64,000 bases of DNA from the human T2T-CHM13v2.0 reference genome, Homo sapiens. Under the pieces are notes generated by a model that was not told the origin of the DNA, did not search any database, and saw only the letters and a program-made list of their open reading frames with translations. The stretch lies in assembly GCF_009914755.1 (NCBI RefSeq), contig NC_060927.1; one strand, given 5' to 3'. The translations under genes were made by a program, and so were the position numbers. This document shows, piece by piece, positions 42,562 through 55,306 of the stretch (within the stretch, counting starts at the first letter, position 1; each line of letters opens with the position of its first letter).

Positions 42562-43150
42562 TGAAGGAGTGAAGGATCTGTCATTCCAAGATATAAGTCA
42601 GATTGGTATAGTGATTATTTTGAGTTGAAAACATTAGAGAAATTGTAGTTTTCTACAAAGACAGGGTGAGCTAACCTGTCTCTTCCTACATGCAGCCAAG
42701 ACATAAAGATTCCTCTAGGAGGGGTACCCTCACCATACCAGGGAGAGAAAAATAACCCTTACTTCCAGAGAGTTGGAATTGGAAGCTACAATGGACCTGA
42801 ATAAATATTCTTAAGGAAGTAATCCTTATCTTCTACCTGTTTCACACCCCTCCCCAATATATCTCCTAGTTAACTCCCCTAGAAAATTTTCTGCCCCAGC
42901 CAGATTTTCTTTGTTCTATCATTTTTCCTCAAATTTATCATTCTTTGTCTAAAAAGTATAAAAGCATCTTGCTTTGGTCACTTCTTCAGAATTCAATCTC
43001 TTGTGAAGATCACCACGTATACGGAAAACTTATTAAATTTGTATATTTTTCTCTTGTTAATCTGCCTGGTGTCAATGTGGTTTCTAGACTCAGCTGAAGA
43101 GCCAAGTAAGAGGTTAAAGCAGGGTTGGAAGCGATCTCTGACTCTGTACA
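42562..43150 (+). mobile_element. ERV1 solo LTR (MER34/MER39 group)
   Basis: TG...CA ends with 4-bp TSD ctac (42558-42561, 43151-43154); gattattttgagttgaaaaca motif. Confidence 0.75.
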
Positions 43151-43353
43151 CTACAAACCTACAGTTATCAAGACAGCATGGTACTGGCATGGGGACAGAC
43201 ATATAGACCAATGGAACAGAACTGAGAGCCCAGAAATAAACTCCCACATTTAGAGTCAACTGATTTATGATACAGATGCCAAGACAATTCAATGGGGGAA
43301 AGATTACCTTTTTCAACAAATGGCACTGGGACAACTGGGTATCTACATGCAAT

Positions 43354-43447
<94 letters not shown>
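43354..43447 (+). repeat. Compound microsatellite A16(TA)17(GA)22
   Basis: Counted directly. Confidence 0.95.
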
Positions 43448-43450
<3 letters not shown>

Positions 43451-43529
43451 TTGAAATCCTACCTCATAGCATATACAAAACAACTCAATATGGATCACAG
43501 CCCTAAATGTAAGAGCTAAAAACTTTTCC

Positions 43530-44325
43530 TTATATTAGCTCCCTAGGGCTAACAAATGACCATAACAGATAACCATAAATTTGGTAGCTTAAAAAACAGA
43601 AATGTATTCTCTCACAGTTGTGGAGAGTACTAGCCTGAAATCAAGGTGACCTTCTGAACACTAAGGGGAAGTCCTTCCTTGCCTTTTCCAGCATCTGGGC
43701 TCCTGGAGTTCACTGGCTTGGAACTGTATGACTCCAACCTTTGCCTCCATCTTTACATGGCCTTCTCACCTACTGTCTCTGTCTTCTCTTCTGTTGGGTT
43801 CAGGAGGCTTCTGGGCTGAACACACGGAGATTCCTGGACAGTGGCATCCCCAGAGAGGGCATGGAAGCTTCTACTCTTTCTGCCATACTTCACCCTATGT
43901 ATTTCTTCCATCTCTATCCTTTTGTAACATCCTTTAGAATAAATAAGTAAAAATAAGGTTTTCCCTGAGTTCTGTGAACTGCTCCACCAAATTAATCAAA
44001 CCCAAGGAGGGGGTCATGGGAACTCCAATTTATAGCCAGTCATCAGAAGCCCAAGTAAAACAACTTGGGGCTTGCAACTGGCATCTGAAGTGGAGGCAGT
44101 CTTGTGGGACTGCACTTGTGGATCTGACAATATCTACAGGTAGACAGTGTCAGAACTAAACTGAATGAGAGGACATCTAGCTGGTGTACACTGGAGAATT
44201 TGCTGAAGAACTGGTTGCTTCCTTGGTATGTGGGGGAAAACTGAAATGTGACACATTTGCTCACAAAAGCATTCTATGTTGTCAGATTATAGTAAGAGAA
44301 ACTGGGTTTGTTTTTTCCTATATCC
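43530..44325. mobile_element. MLT1 fragment (~43530-43790) joined to a MER21-like LTR fragment
   Basis: gcttaaaaaacagaaatgtattctctcacagtt (MLT1); ttccctgagttctgtgaactgctccaccaaattaatcaaacccaaggagggggtcatgggaac (MER21 group). Confidence 0.6.
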
Positions 44326-44433
44326 TTATCACAAATAAATACTTCTCCAAAATAGACACACAAATGGCCAATATGCACATGAAAAGATGCTCAACATCAT
44401 TAGGCATCAAAACTGCAGTAAGATACTACTTCA

Positions 44434-44796
<363 letters not shown>

Positions 44797-45719
44797 TTAA
44801 GACAGACAATAACGAGTAGTATTGAGGATGTGGAGAAACTGGAATGCTCATACGCTGCTGGGAATGAAAAATGGTGCAGCCACTCTAGAAAACAGAACAG
44901 TTCCTCAAAAGGCTAAATACAGAGTTACCATACTACCCAATGATTCCATTCCTATATCCCAGAGAAATGAAAACTTACGTCTACATAAAATCTTGTACAC
45001 AAATGTTTGTATCAGCATAACAACCAAAAAATGTAAACACAAATGTCCATGAACTGATGAATGGATAAAGAAAATATGGTATATCCATACAATGGAATAT
45101 TATTCACCAATTAAAAATAAATACAAATACTTGCTACAAAGTGGATGAACCCTGAAAACACACCAAGTGAAACAGGAAAAGTCTACAGAGACAGAATAGT
45201 AGTCGTCAAGAAGCTGGCAAGAATGGAGGTTCGGGGGTTGATAGTTTAGGGGTAAAAGGTTTTTGTCATAAAATGTTCTAAAATGGATTTTGGTGGTACT
45301 TGCACAGTTTTGTGAATATATTAAAAAACACTTAATTGTACAATTTAAGTTTGTGTGTGAATTACATCTCAATAATGCTGGTTAAAATATAAAAAAGATC
45401 AAACTTTTTAATATAGAAATTGTTCAAGAGAAAAGGCTGCCTCTCTATACTAATTTATGCTTCCTTATTATAAAACCTGTATTTCTTTAGTATTTTTGGT
45501 AACAGGAAATAAATGTAATTCTCATCTATAACAACTCTTATTCTAAGTTTCTGAATTTCTCTACTCAATTGCCTTTTTAAAGTATTTTAACTGTCTTGTG
45601 CTAGATGTTTTAATATTATCTTTGGACTTAAATCCTGAGGAATAGAAAATACATATCTTTAAATTTATAAATAGATAAATCTAGACGAGTAAACCCTTAC
45701 CAATAAGAATGTCAACTTA

Positions 45720-46035
<316 letters not shown>

Positions 46036-46534
46036 TTAAATTGACTAGGCAAAAGTAGCCTTCTCACAAAAGCTAATAGGCATAATAATTCTATCCAGAC
46101 TCTACTATGTAAGCCAATCAGCATACACATAGAAGAATCCTGGTAACTTTTTTTTAAATCAGTATCGCTTAAGGAGGGTGGATGAATAATTTAATAGCAT
46201 AACTAAGAATTGGGGATGAGGGATGGGAATGGAAATTAAACCTAAAATATTTGAAAATTAAACCACTTCAACTTTACATTGTATACAATATCCCAGTAAC
46301 AGTTTAAAACATTACTGTTTTAAGTAACTAATAATTTCATTAATTTTGGCTTTAAATTTAAGGTATTACTTTGTTACTGATTTGATATGATGTGAACCGC
46401 CCATAGGATACATTATTCAAAACAAAAGACCTAATCCTGAACTATTTCCTCCAGGTACAGGGTATTTTCCATGGGCATCTCACCCCAGTCCAGAATGAGT
46501 ACATTCACTGAATATAAATTTTACATTAGACTAG

Positions 46535-46937
<403 letters not shown>

Positions 46938-47813
46938 CTAAAATCAATGTTTAATTGTATTTTCATAATGTTGAATTTACCCTACTGGAACTATGTATCC
47001 AAAAAATTACCAATTATCATACAAATCCAAGACACTCTCAATTGTAGATACAAACAGGTCATTAATATAGCTATGAGAAATATTTTAAGATATACTCACT
47101 CTCATTCAAACTTTTGCCTAGTACTTAATGTTCTCGATCTGTACTAAAATATTTTACGTATGTTCTGATTTACAGCAGTAGCTACCTAACTGGTCCTGGG
47201 TGTCCCTGTTTGTCTGCCTTTTGTAATCTACTCTTCCAAAACGTGTAATGGTTATCTAACTTTCAGTGATCATGGACCCCTCTGAGGATCCATACCTGCA
47301 CATTCTTGCCAAAACCTTCGCAGGCCCTATTTTAAGGAGGCCCAGCTCAAACGTCCCATCACTTACCAATGAAGTCCAAACTTCTCAGCCTGGGATTCAA
47401 AGTACTTAATGTAGTCACTGTTAACTAATTTATCTTCTCTTTTCCAACTACACACTCCAATCAAGACTATCTCCTGATTATCCCATCCATCCTTCCTGGC
47501 TTGCCTTCACAGTTCCCTCTTGTTGCTTTCATTGACAACTGCTTGCTTTCAACATCCACATATACTTCTGGTGAACCTAAAATACCTCCCCTGCCATGAG
47601 GGTTTCCCTCCACTTACAATCAGATTATCTGATCCTTTAAATTCTGAAACATGTTATCTGCACCTCTTACAGAGCTCACCAGGTTCTATTTTGTATTGCA
47701 AAAGGTATCCAAAAAGTGAGGAAACACAGAACTTGTTTTTGAACTGTATGTTACATTTTCAATTAATATGCTCCACATGTTTTCCTTCAGCCTCTATAAG
47801 CCTCTTCATGTGA

Positions 47814-48300
<487 letters not shown>

Positions 48301-48500
48301 TCAAGTATTTCATGCATTCTGTATCCCCTATTGTAAGATTTCCCAAGAACCGTCATTTTTTGTGTGTGTTTTTTCCCCTCAAACAATGTTCCACTCTTAG
48401 TGTGTACTTGATCAAATAAGAACTTATTAACTATCCAAAATAGTGGTTAAGTTACTTACATCCATCCAACACCTTTCTCACTGATATATGCCAACCCTGT

Positions 48501-48531
<31 letters not shown>

Positions 48532-48796
48532 CAACACCTTAAACATATCAGTCCTCACCATTAACCCATAAGGGAGCACACAAAGATGGCTCCTACACAA
48601 AAATGATCCAAATGTAAAAGCTATTACCCTTTAGTACTGCTGCAAACAAAGTTCATAAAACAAATTCCAAAAACAGAAATAAATACTATCCCAGATTACA
48701 CATATGCATACCACGGAAGGCAGTGAGATGACCTGAGTACAGGAACTTCTTTTAGGAATTCCTAAACATGATACAAAAATTTATGACCAACAGATT

Positions 48797-49120
48797 CGTG
48801 CACAACATGGAAGAACCTTAAAAATATGCTAAGTGAATGAGACACAAAAGGCCATATATTGTATGATTCCATTTATCTGAGATATCCAGAATAGGCAAAT
48901 TCAGAGACAGAAAGTAGATTAGTGGCTGCCAGGGCTGGGAGAAGGAGGAAATGAAAGGTACAGCTAATGGGTATGGGGTTTCTTTTTGGAAATGATAAAA
49001 ATATTTCGGAAGTGGATGGTGATAATGGTTTGCCCAGTTTGGTGAACATACTAAAAACCACTCAACTGTACCCTTTAAGAGGGTGAACTTTATGGTATGT
49101 GGGCTTTATCGCAATTTTTA
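48797..49120 (+). mobile_element. L1MB 3' end fragment
   Basis: aacatggaagaaccttaaaaatatgctaagtgaa...gaataggcaaattcagagacagaaagtagattagtgg. Confidence 0.85.
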
Positions 49121-50403
49121 AAAAGTGTTTTGACCACACTGGCTGTTTTATCTAGAAGAAAACTGTATTTAACGGGAATCTTATTTTGTAGTTTTGTTTT
49201 TTCATACTGATCTAAACCAGCAGTTATAAACTGGTTCCTTACTAGTCCCTTTTTAAAACCAAAGCATTAATTGTTGTCAACGGTAGCTACCGACTTGCCA
49301 ACGTTTACAAATACCTGTAGAGAGAGGTTTTGTCTAGCAATCTGGATTTCTGGCTTCCAAAAAAAAAATGGAGTTCTAAAAATGCTAGGCACACCAGCAC
49401 TGCAACAATGGCTTGAAGCTAGGCAGCCACTAACATACTTGTTGTTCTTATTTGCCATGATGTCCACTACTCCCTGTTGTCTTCTAAACACTGAAGCCCA
49501 ATGTCAATTACCATTTAGCTTACTGGTTGTGAGTCTGTGATCCCTAAACAATGATCTTCTACCCTTCTTACTAGGGTGTACTGCTGATAAATTAAAATGT
49601 AATTGTGGATGATTACATTTTAACATACCAACTGCAAGAATAAAAACTGTAACACTGATATCTGTTAGAAAAAACCCTGCAATTGTCACAAATTTATTCA
49701 AACTAAAGTGAAAATTCAAGGAAAAAATGTGTCCATTCCTATAAACAGAAAAAAAATTATTTTCAGTTTACAATTAAAAATCATTTTCATCTACTCACAG
49801 TCAGAAAGCAATGCAGTAATAACTTCTTACCCCCATAATTAGGTGGTGGCACAAAATGAGAGAAAATTATCTTATTCAAATTGACTGGCTATGAGAACAA
49901 ATTGCTTTACTTACTGATTTTATGTTTAAACCATCTAGAACCCTCCTGATGCTTAAATGCACAAAGAAAAACAACCCTTTTGCATTTGTAGCTTATATGT
50001 ATTAAACTGTAGTTTACAAAGCCAAAAGAAAACAAAATACAAGGTGAACAGGGAAACAGACCTAAAAAAGTACATTCTACTACTTCCTATGTCAAGTGTA
50101 TATAAGGCTTTTGAGCTAAAAGCTATGGCAAGTACCATCCAGCTTTAGAAGTCTGTATGTCCTTACCCGTATCTTCTCCATTACTCCAAACAAAATAATC
50201 TAGCTGACCTGCTTTTCCTGTAGACGGGAAAGTTTAAGAGTATTTGCTTTCTATTTCATTTTTACCATCAATTCCAATGGCTAATAAAACAACATATAAG
50301 ATGCCCTCTAAAAACAGCTATTCCCTTTAAACTAGGCAAAACCAAACTTATTTCTCAAAGTCTTCCAAGAGAGACCAGATGAGCCAATTACTCAGTAGTT
50401 TAG

Positions 50404-50766
<363 letters not shown>

Positions 50767-51216
50767 TAAAGTTCAATATTACCACTGAAGATTAATGGAT
50801 ATACATAAGACTGGAGTGGCATCACAATTTTCTCACAATTGCAATTCCAAAATAAAATCCAGTTGCACTTTTGCTTAACACAATCCTGAAAAACACAATC
50901 CTGTTTCTGTTAAAACCTAATGGTGAATCAAATATGAGTCTCTCCTAAAAGTTCACCAAATTTCTAATGCACATAGTAATCTAAATCACAAAAACAACTT
51001 TGTCAAAAATGCAGGACTAGAAACAAAGGAAAACATCGATCAGTCATTACTTCAACCATTAACAATGGAAGCACAAAGTGCCATTTGACTGGTAAAGGTT
51101 ACTGGAAAACCCAGATCTCGAGTTTCACACTGTTAAGAGTATAAGATGCACGGACTGTACTGGAATTAGCAGAAATGGTTCCTGCTATAACTGTGCTTTA
51201 CCTGCTATTCTCTAAC

Positions 51217-51402
51217 ACTGCTGTCCAGTAGAACTATCTGAAATGAGATAAATGTTCTATGTCTGTCCTATCCAATACAATAGCCAATAGCTACATATGT
51301 CTACTGAGCACTTAAAATGTGGCTAGCAAAACTATGGAACTTGGTTTAATTTCAATTAAATTGCTACATGTGGCTAGTGGCTCTCTTATAGGACAGAACA
51401 GT
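51217..51402. mobile_element. MER3-type hAT element
   Basis: ctgctgtccagtagaact...ctactgagcacttaaaatgtggctag...ggacagaacag. Confidence 0.75.
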
Positions 51403-52545
51403 TGTATAATTTGAAATACAAGGTATAAACTGTATTGACTAAACCGTAGTTTTTCAAAGTATCATGACCTGATGTTAACACCAGGCAAGACCATTCTGAT
51501 ACCTAATGATACACAAGGTCTGCGATCAGCCTAAACATAAAATTCACTTATGAAATGAGAATTCTTGATATTAGATTCAGAATTTAAGGTGCAATCTTTA
51601 TTAAGTAATATAAAAAATAGTCTCAGGTTCTTCCCCATTGTTTTCGCAAACGGGGTGCTCACTTTCAAAATAGTTTTCCAAAACATCCAAGTTATTTTCC
51701 CTTCAAATCTGTTCAACATCTTCTGTTCAGGAAAACAATGGCAAAAATAAGTTGTCAACACTAGTAAGTGTCCTGCGACAAATTAATGTGTAAATGTCAC
51801 ACATTAATTTTCCTTTTCCTTAAAAGAGGGGGAAAATGTTTGGCAGCGTCCGGATCCTTCAAAAGCCTTATTACCCATCTTTCCAAATGTTTAGGTGTAC
51901 AAAACATTCAGATACAGTTGCGATTTCGTTCCTAGATACAAAGTAGTTTTTCAGTTCCAGAGAATTACAAGTCATTTTGACTTGTATTCTTTGACCAGCT
52001 CTTCATAAGTCAAGAAAAGTAACAAGATGGTGCACAAAATGTCAAAAGAAAACAAGTCTGGAAACTTGCATTGAGTAACTAGTCGCTAAGCGGAATCAAT
52101 TGCCTTTAACCCGGAGAGAGAGTCCCTCGCACTACCCAGCCAAGCAAACAGAACAAGGTCGTGACCCTGGGTCACGGCCGCCAGTACCGCTCCCGCCCGG
52201 CAGCGGGGAAGCCACCTGTTAGGCCCGAGCCTCACCTGGCAGGAAAGAGGAAGCGATTGCCCGGCAGCTCGCCCGACGCGAGGGCGGTGAGCGTGGAACC
52301 CGCCCCTCTTGCTGCAGCGGCTAGACCCCCGTCGGCACGTGGGCTTCACCCAGGCCCCGGCAGCTCTGACAGGCGGGTCGCCCGCGGACCCCGGCCCGCC
52401 GTCTCGCGCAGGTCCCCGGGGCAGGACCCCCGTTTCCCTCGCAACCACCCCGCCGAGCGGGCGTCCCAGCGGCCCACACCGCCGGTCCGCCCTGCTTCCC
52501 TTCCTTCCCGGACGGCGCGATCCCGCCCTGCAGCCCCTCACCTAC

Positions 52546-52572
52546 CTGGTCACGGAGTTTGAGGAACGCCAT
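52546..52572 (-). CDS. ANKRD28: First coding exon (27 nt, MAFLKLRDQ) of ankyrin repeat domain 28 / PP6 regulatory subunit ARS-A
   Basis: Minus strand ACCGCC-ATG-G (strong Kozak) at 52572; ATGGCGTTCCTCAAACTCCGTGACCAG then donor GTAGGT at 52545; lies in a CpG island; peptide matches the ANKRD28 N-terminus MAFLKLRDQ(PSLVQAIF...) as I recall it. Confidence 0.93.
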
Positions 52573-52748
52573 GGCGGTCGCCTCCGCGCCCACTCCAGCC
52601 TCCTCCTCCTCCGCCGCTGCCGCTGCCGCCGCCGCCCGGCCCACTGCTCCCGCCCCAGTAGCCTTGGCCGCTGCCCGGGACCAGCGGGTCCGCGGCCGAC
52701 TGCGCTGAGAAGACCGCGGGCAGGGGGCGGCGCCGCCTCCCCGGCCGC

Positions 52749-52778
52749 CCGCCGCCGCCGCCGCCGCCGCCGCCGCCG
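52749..52778 (-). repeat. Pure (CGG)10 trinucleotide repeat in the 5' leader
   Basis: Ten uninterrupted CCG units counted on the + strand. Confidence 0.97.
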
Positions 52779-52896
52779 AGAGGTGAGGTGCCCGGCCGGT
52801 CCCGCCTCCTCCTCTGAGGACTCCCCGCCCTCTTCCTTCCTTTCTTTCTCCTTCCCTCTGCTGCCTGCCCTACCCGCCGCTGCCGCCGCCGCCTCC

Positions 52897-52968
52897 TCAC
52901 GCCCCCTTCCCGAAATACCCTGGCAGCCCCCGCGGCCGCGCCGTTCCAGCCCGCGGCAGCGGCGGCAT
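52897..52968 (-). other. Candidate 23-codon uORF MPPLPRAGTARPRGLPGYFGKGA*
   Basis: Only ATG I found between the CCAAT boxes and the main start; weak context (TGG-ATG-C); TGA at 52899-52897; requires a TSS above 52968. Confidence 0.45.
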
Positions 52969-53004
52969 CCAAACTCCACAATATTACCACCACCGCCCGC
53001 CGCG

Positions 53005-53053
53005 ATTGGCGGCCGCGCGGGGGAGAGGCCAGAGTAAGCCGAGCGCCCATTGG
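53005..53053 (-). promoter_or_regulatory. Two CCAAT boxes (NF-Y type)
   Basis: + strand ATTGG at 53005-53009 and 53049-53053 (minus: GCCAATCG and GGCCAATGG), 44 bp apart, upstream of the 5' leader. Confidence 0.7.
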
Positions 53054-53280
53054 CCACGCCGCCGCGCTCGCTGGTGACCCCCCCGCCTCCCGCGACGGGA
53101 GGGGCAGGCGGAGGAAGCCGCAAGGGTGGGCGCGGGGCCGTGGCGCGGGCGGGGCGGGGGAGTCGGCAGGGGTGCGGGCCGGGGGAGGGCGGCCAGGTGT
53201 CCCGGCTCCCAGGCGCGCGCCTCAGGCGTGGTAGGCGGAGTCCGGGGCGGAGGTGGCGTGGGGAGGTGGGGAACGGCCCG

Positions 53281-53426
53281 GGACTCGCACGTGGAGGTGG
53301 AGCGCGGACGCCTCCCTCAGCCAGGGCAAGACTAAGGAGCTGGGTGAGGGACCGGAAGGGCTGGAAGGGGTGGGCACCTGGGGGCTGCGGCGAGTGGCGA
53401 TGGGCGAGCCGGACTTGCACGTGGAG
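53281..53426. promoter_or_regulatory. Duplicated 16-bp E-box module GGACTYGCACGTGGAG
   Basis: Copies at 53281-53296 and 53411-53426, each with CACGTG; a third CACGTG at 52336-52341. Confidence 0.6.
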
Positions 53427-53985
53427 AAAGCGTGAGAATGTGCCCCTGGGTTTGGGGAGGGTGGGGAGCCAAGGAGTGGGATGAGAGGTGGTCACGGAAT
53501 GGGGGGCGCTGCTGTCCTCCCCGGGGGCTGCAGGCCGAGACCGGGTGAGGGGCGGGGGTGATGCTGGCACTCTGGACGGAAGGGCGTCGTCTTCGCAGCC
53601 GAACAGGTTGTGGACGCCCAATCGTTTTTCTGCCCGTAGTCCCAATCCGAAGCTAAGCTGTGTGGTTTTCCCTTGAAAGCTCCCCAGCCAGGCTTGCTGC
53701 CTCCACCCCTTTCGCATCTGAAGCATTTTGCCTCCCACTCGAGAGAAATCAATTTTCTTAAACAAACAAAAAAAAAGATGTGCAGGATTTCTAATAAATA
53801 GCATCCTTGGATGGAGGAGAAGAGGAATGACTCCCTCATCCTGCCACACACACCCCCACGCCACCCCGCAGCTCTGAAACGGCTTTTCTTTCTTAGCCAG
53901 CCGCACGCTGTTGCCATTCCAGGCTCGTGTGGGAGAAGATTGTTGTGCGCCTGGGTCTGTCCGCCCGGGCGGCTCCAGCCTCTGG

Positions 53986-54029
53986 TTTATAAAAGGTGCA
54001 GATGGTTAAAACACAAACGTGTGACGTCA
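53986..54029. promoter_or_regulatory. TATA box plus full palindromic CRE
   Basis: TATAAAAG at 53988-53995 (+), overlapping TATAAA on the minus strand; TGACGTCA at 54022-54029 with intact CpG. Confidence 0.5.
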
Positions 54030-55306
54030 GGGTCGGTTTTTAAAAGTCTCTTCTACCCACTACATCAGTTGTGTCTCTTGGGATGGACTTTAGAGAATCG
54101 ATTCGAGCCTAATGGCAGTCTAGAGAAATGGAGATCTTCGTCAGGACTATCAGATTATTGTAATGCTGCACTTATAACAAAAAACTTAGATTTAGCCACG
54201 CAAAAAAAAAAAAAAAAGAAAATAGAGTGCAAGATAAAAAAACACACCTGATTAACTGATAGTACGACCCTTCCAATATTCTTTGAGATATCCATGCTAT
54301 GGTTCCATTGAAACAATTTCTTACCTAAAATTATGTCCCTCGTCATGATATTTTCTACTTAAAATGGAGGAATTCTCATAACTGTGATCTAACCGTCATA
54401 ATGAGGCTAAAAAGGAAATCAAACTGCTCTTGCTTTGCATTCTCTTCAGTAGCTCCTTTACCCTTTATTTCAACTCCAGCAGATAAAATAGACATACTAT
54501 TTGTCACCCAACCCCTCCTTATCAGTTCAGTGAGGGTGAATGAGTTAATGTCGTGAAAGCACTTGAGTTCTCCAAAACAAAGATGTTGTGATAATATTAC
54601 TACAGTACTTTGTGATTACAAGTTAGCTTTGTAAATAATTACCAATGTGCCATATCCAATCGTGTTCTATCTTGGCCTAGGAGTGTTAGGATTTACCCTC
54701 ATTTATAAGTAAGCCTGTTAAGCACTATGGATGTTGAGCCAGGAATTAATATAGCCCTCCTCTTCCCACCAAATAATCTCTCCTCTAGGTTAAATTTCTA
54801 GAATTTAAAAACACAATGAGAACCTGATTAGGAACATGGCAAAGATGATTTTTTGGGAGAATGTAAGTGTGTTTGAGAGTATGAATTTATGGACTAAATA
54901 TGCATTTTAATAGATTTTGTGATTGAAGCTAATGAAACTTTCCAGGACTCTTTTGAAATTTTCTAATTAACAGTAATTAATGAAAATTTTTTATGATGTA
55001 CCATCTGCATTATAGTAGGCATGGAGCTCTCCTTATAGATGATGCTTCACACCTAGCTGGGTTCTCACCCTTCTGCACCATGAGCACCATTTAACTTCTC
55101 TGTGTCTCAGTTTCAACATTCATAAAAAAACTAAGCTTAACATTTCCTGGCCTACTCATCTCACACCATCAGATAAGATAGTGATATGAAAGGCTGTGGA
55201 AAACTCTGAAGGACCATTACACTATATTATTATTATGACAGCAATTACAGGGTACTTCAAATGTTTGTGGGAAATAGAATTAAAGGTTAAAATTAAAATA
55301 TAAACT

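Larger units (their letters stand above)
52573..52990 (-). other. ANKRD28: GC-rich 5' leader of exon 1 (upper boundary/TSS inferred, not observed)
   Basis: Lies between the CCAAT boxes (53005-53053) and the start codon; contains CGG, GCG/GCA and GAG repeats. Confidence 0.6.
52080..53650. promoter_or_regulatory. CpG island / ANKRD28 promoter
   Basis: Abrupt switch to very high GC and CpG density versus AT-rich, CpG-poor flanks; multiple GGGCGG GC boxes at 53.1-53.25 kb. Confidence 0.95.

Noticed and set aside
52567-52576. Palindromic CGCCATGGCG giving a strong Kozak AUG on the + strand too (45-codon ORF)
   Set aside because: Trivial consequence of GCCATGG self-complementarity; ORF stops at ~52708, before the repeat
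52086-53676. Other long ORFs on both strands in the CpG island (e.g. 52309-53037 +, 53050-53484 +)
   Set aside because: Stop-codon scarcity in GC-rich DNA; no recognisable domain
52542-53906. 454-aa minus-strand ORF as a stand-alone gene
   Set aside because: Non-AUG-called start, spans promoter elements, low-complexity Pro/Arg/Gly typical of CpG islands; only its 3' part is considered, as a leader frame
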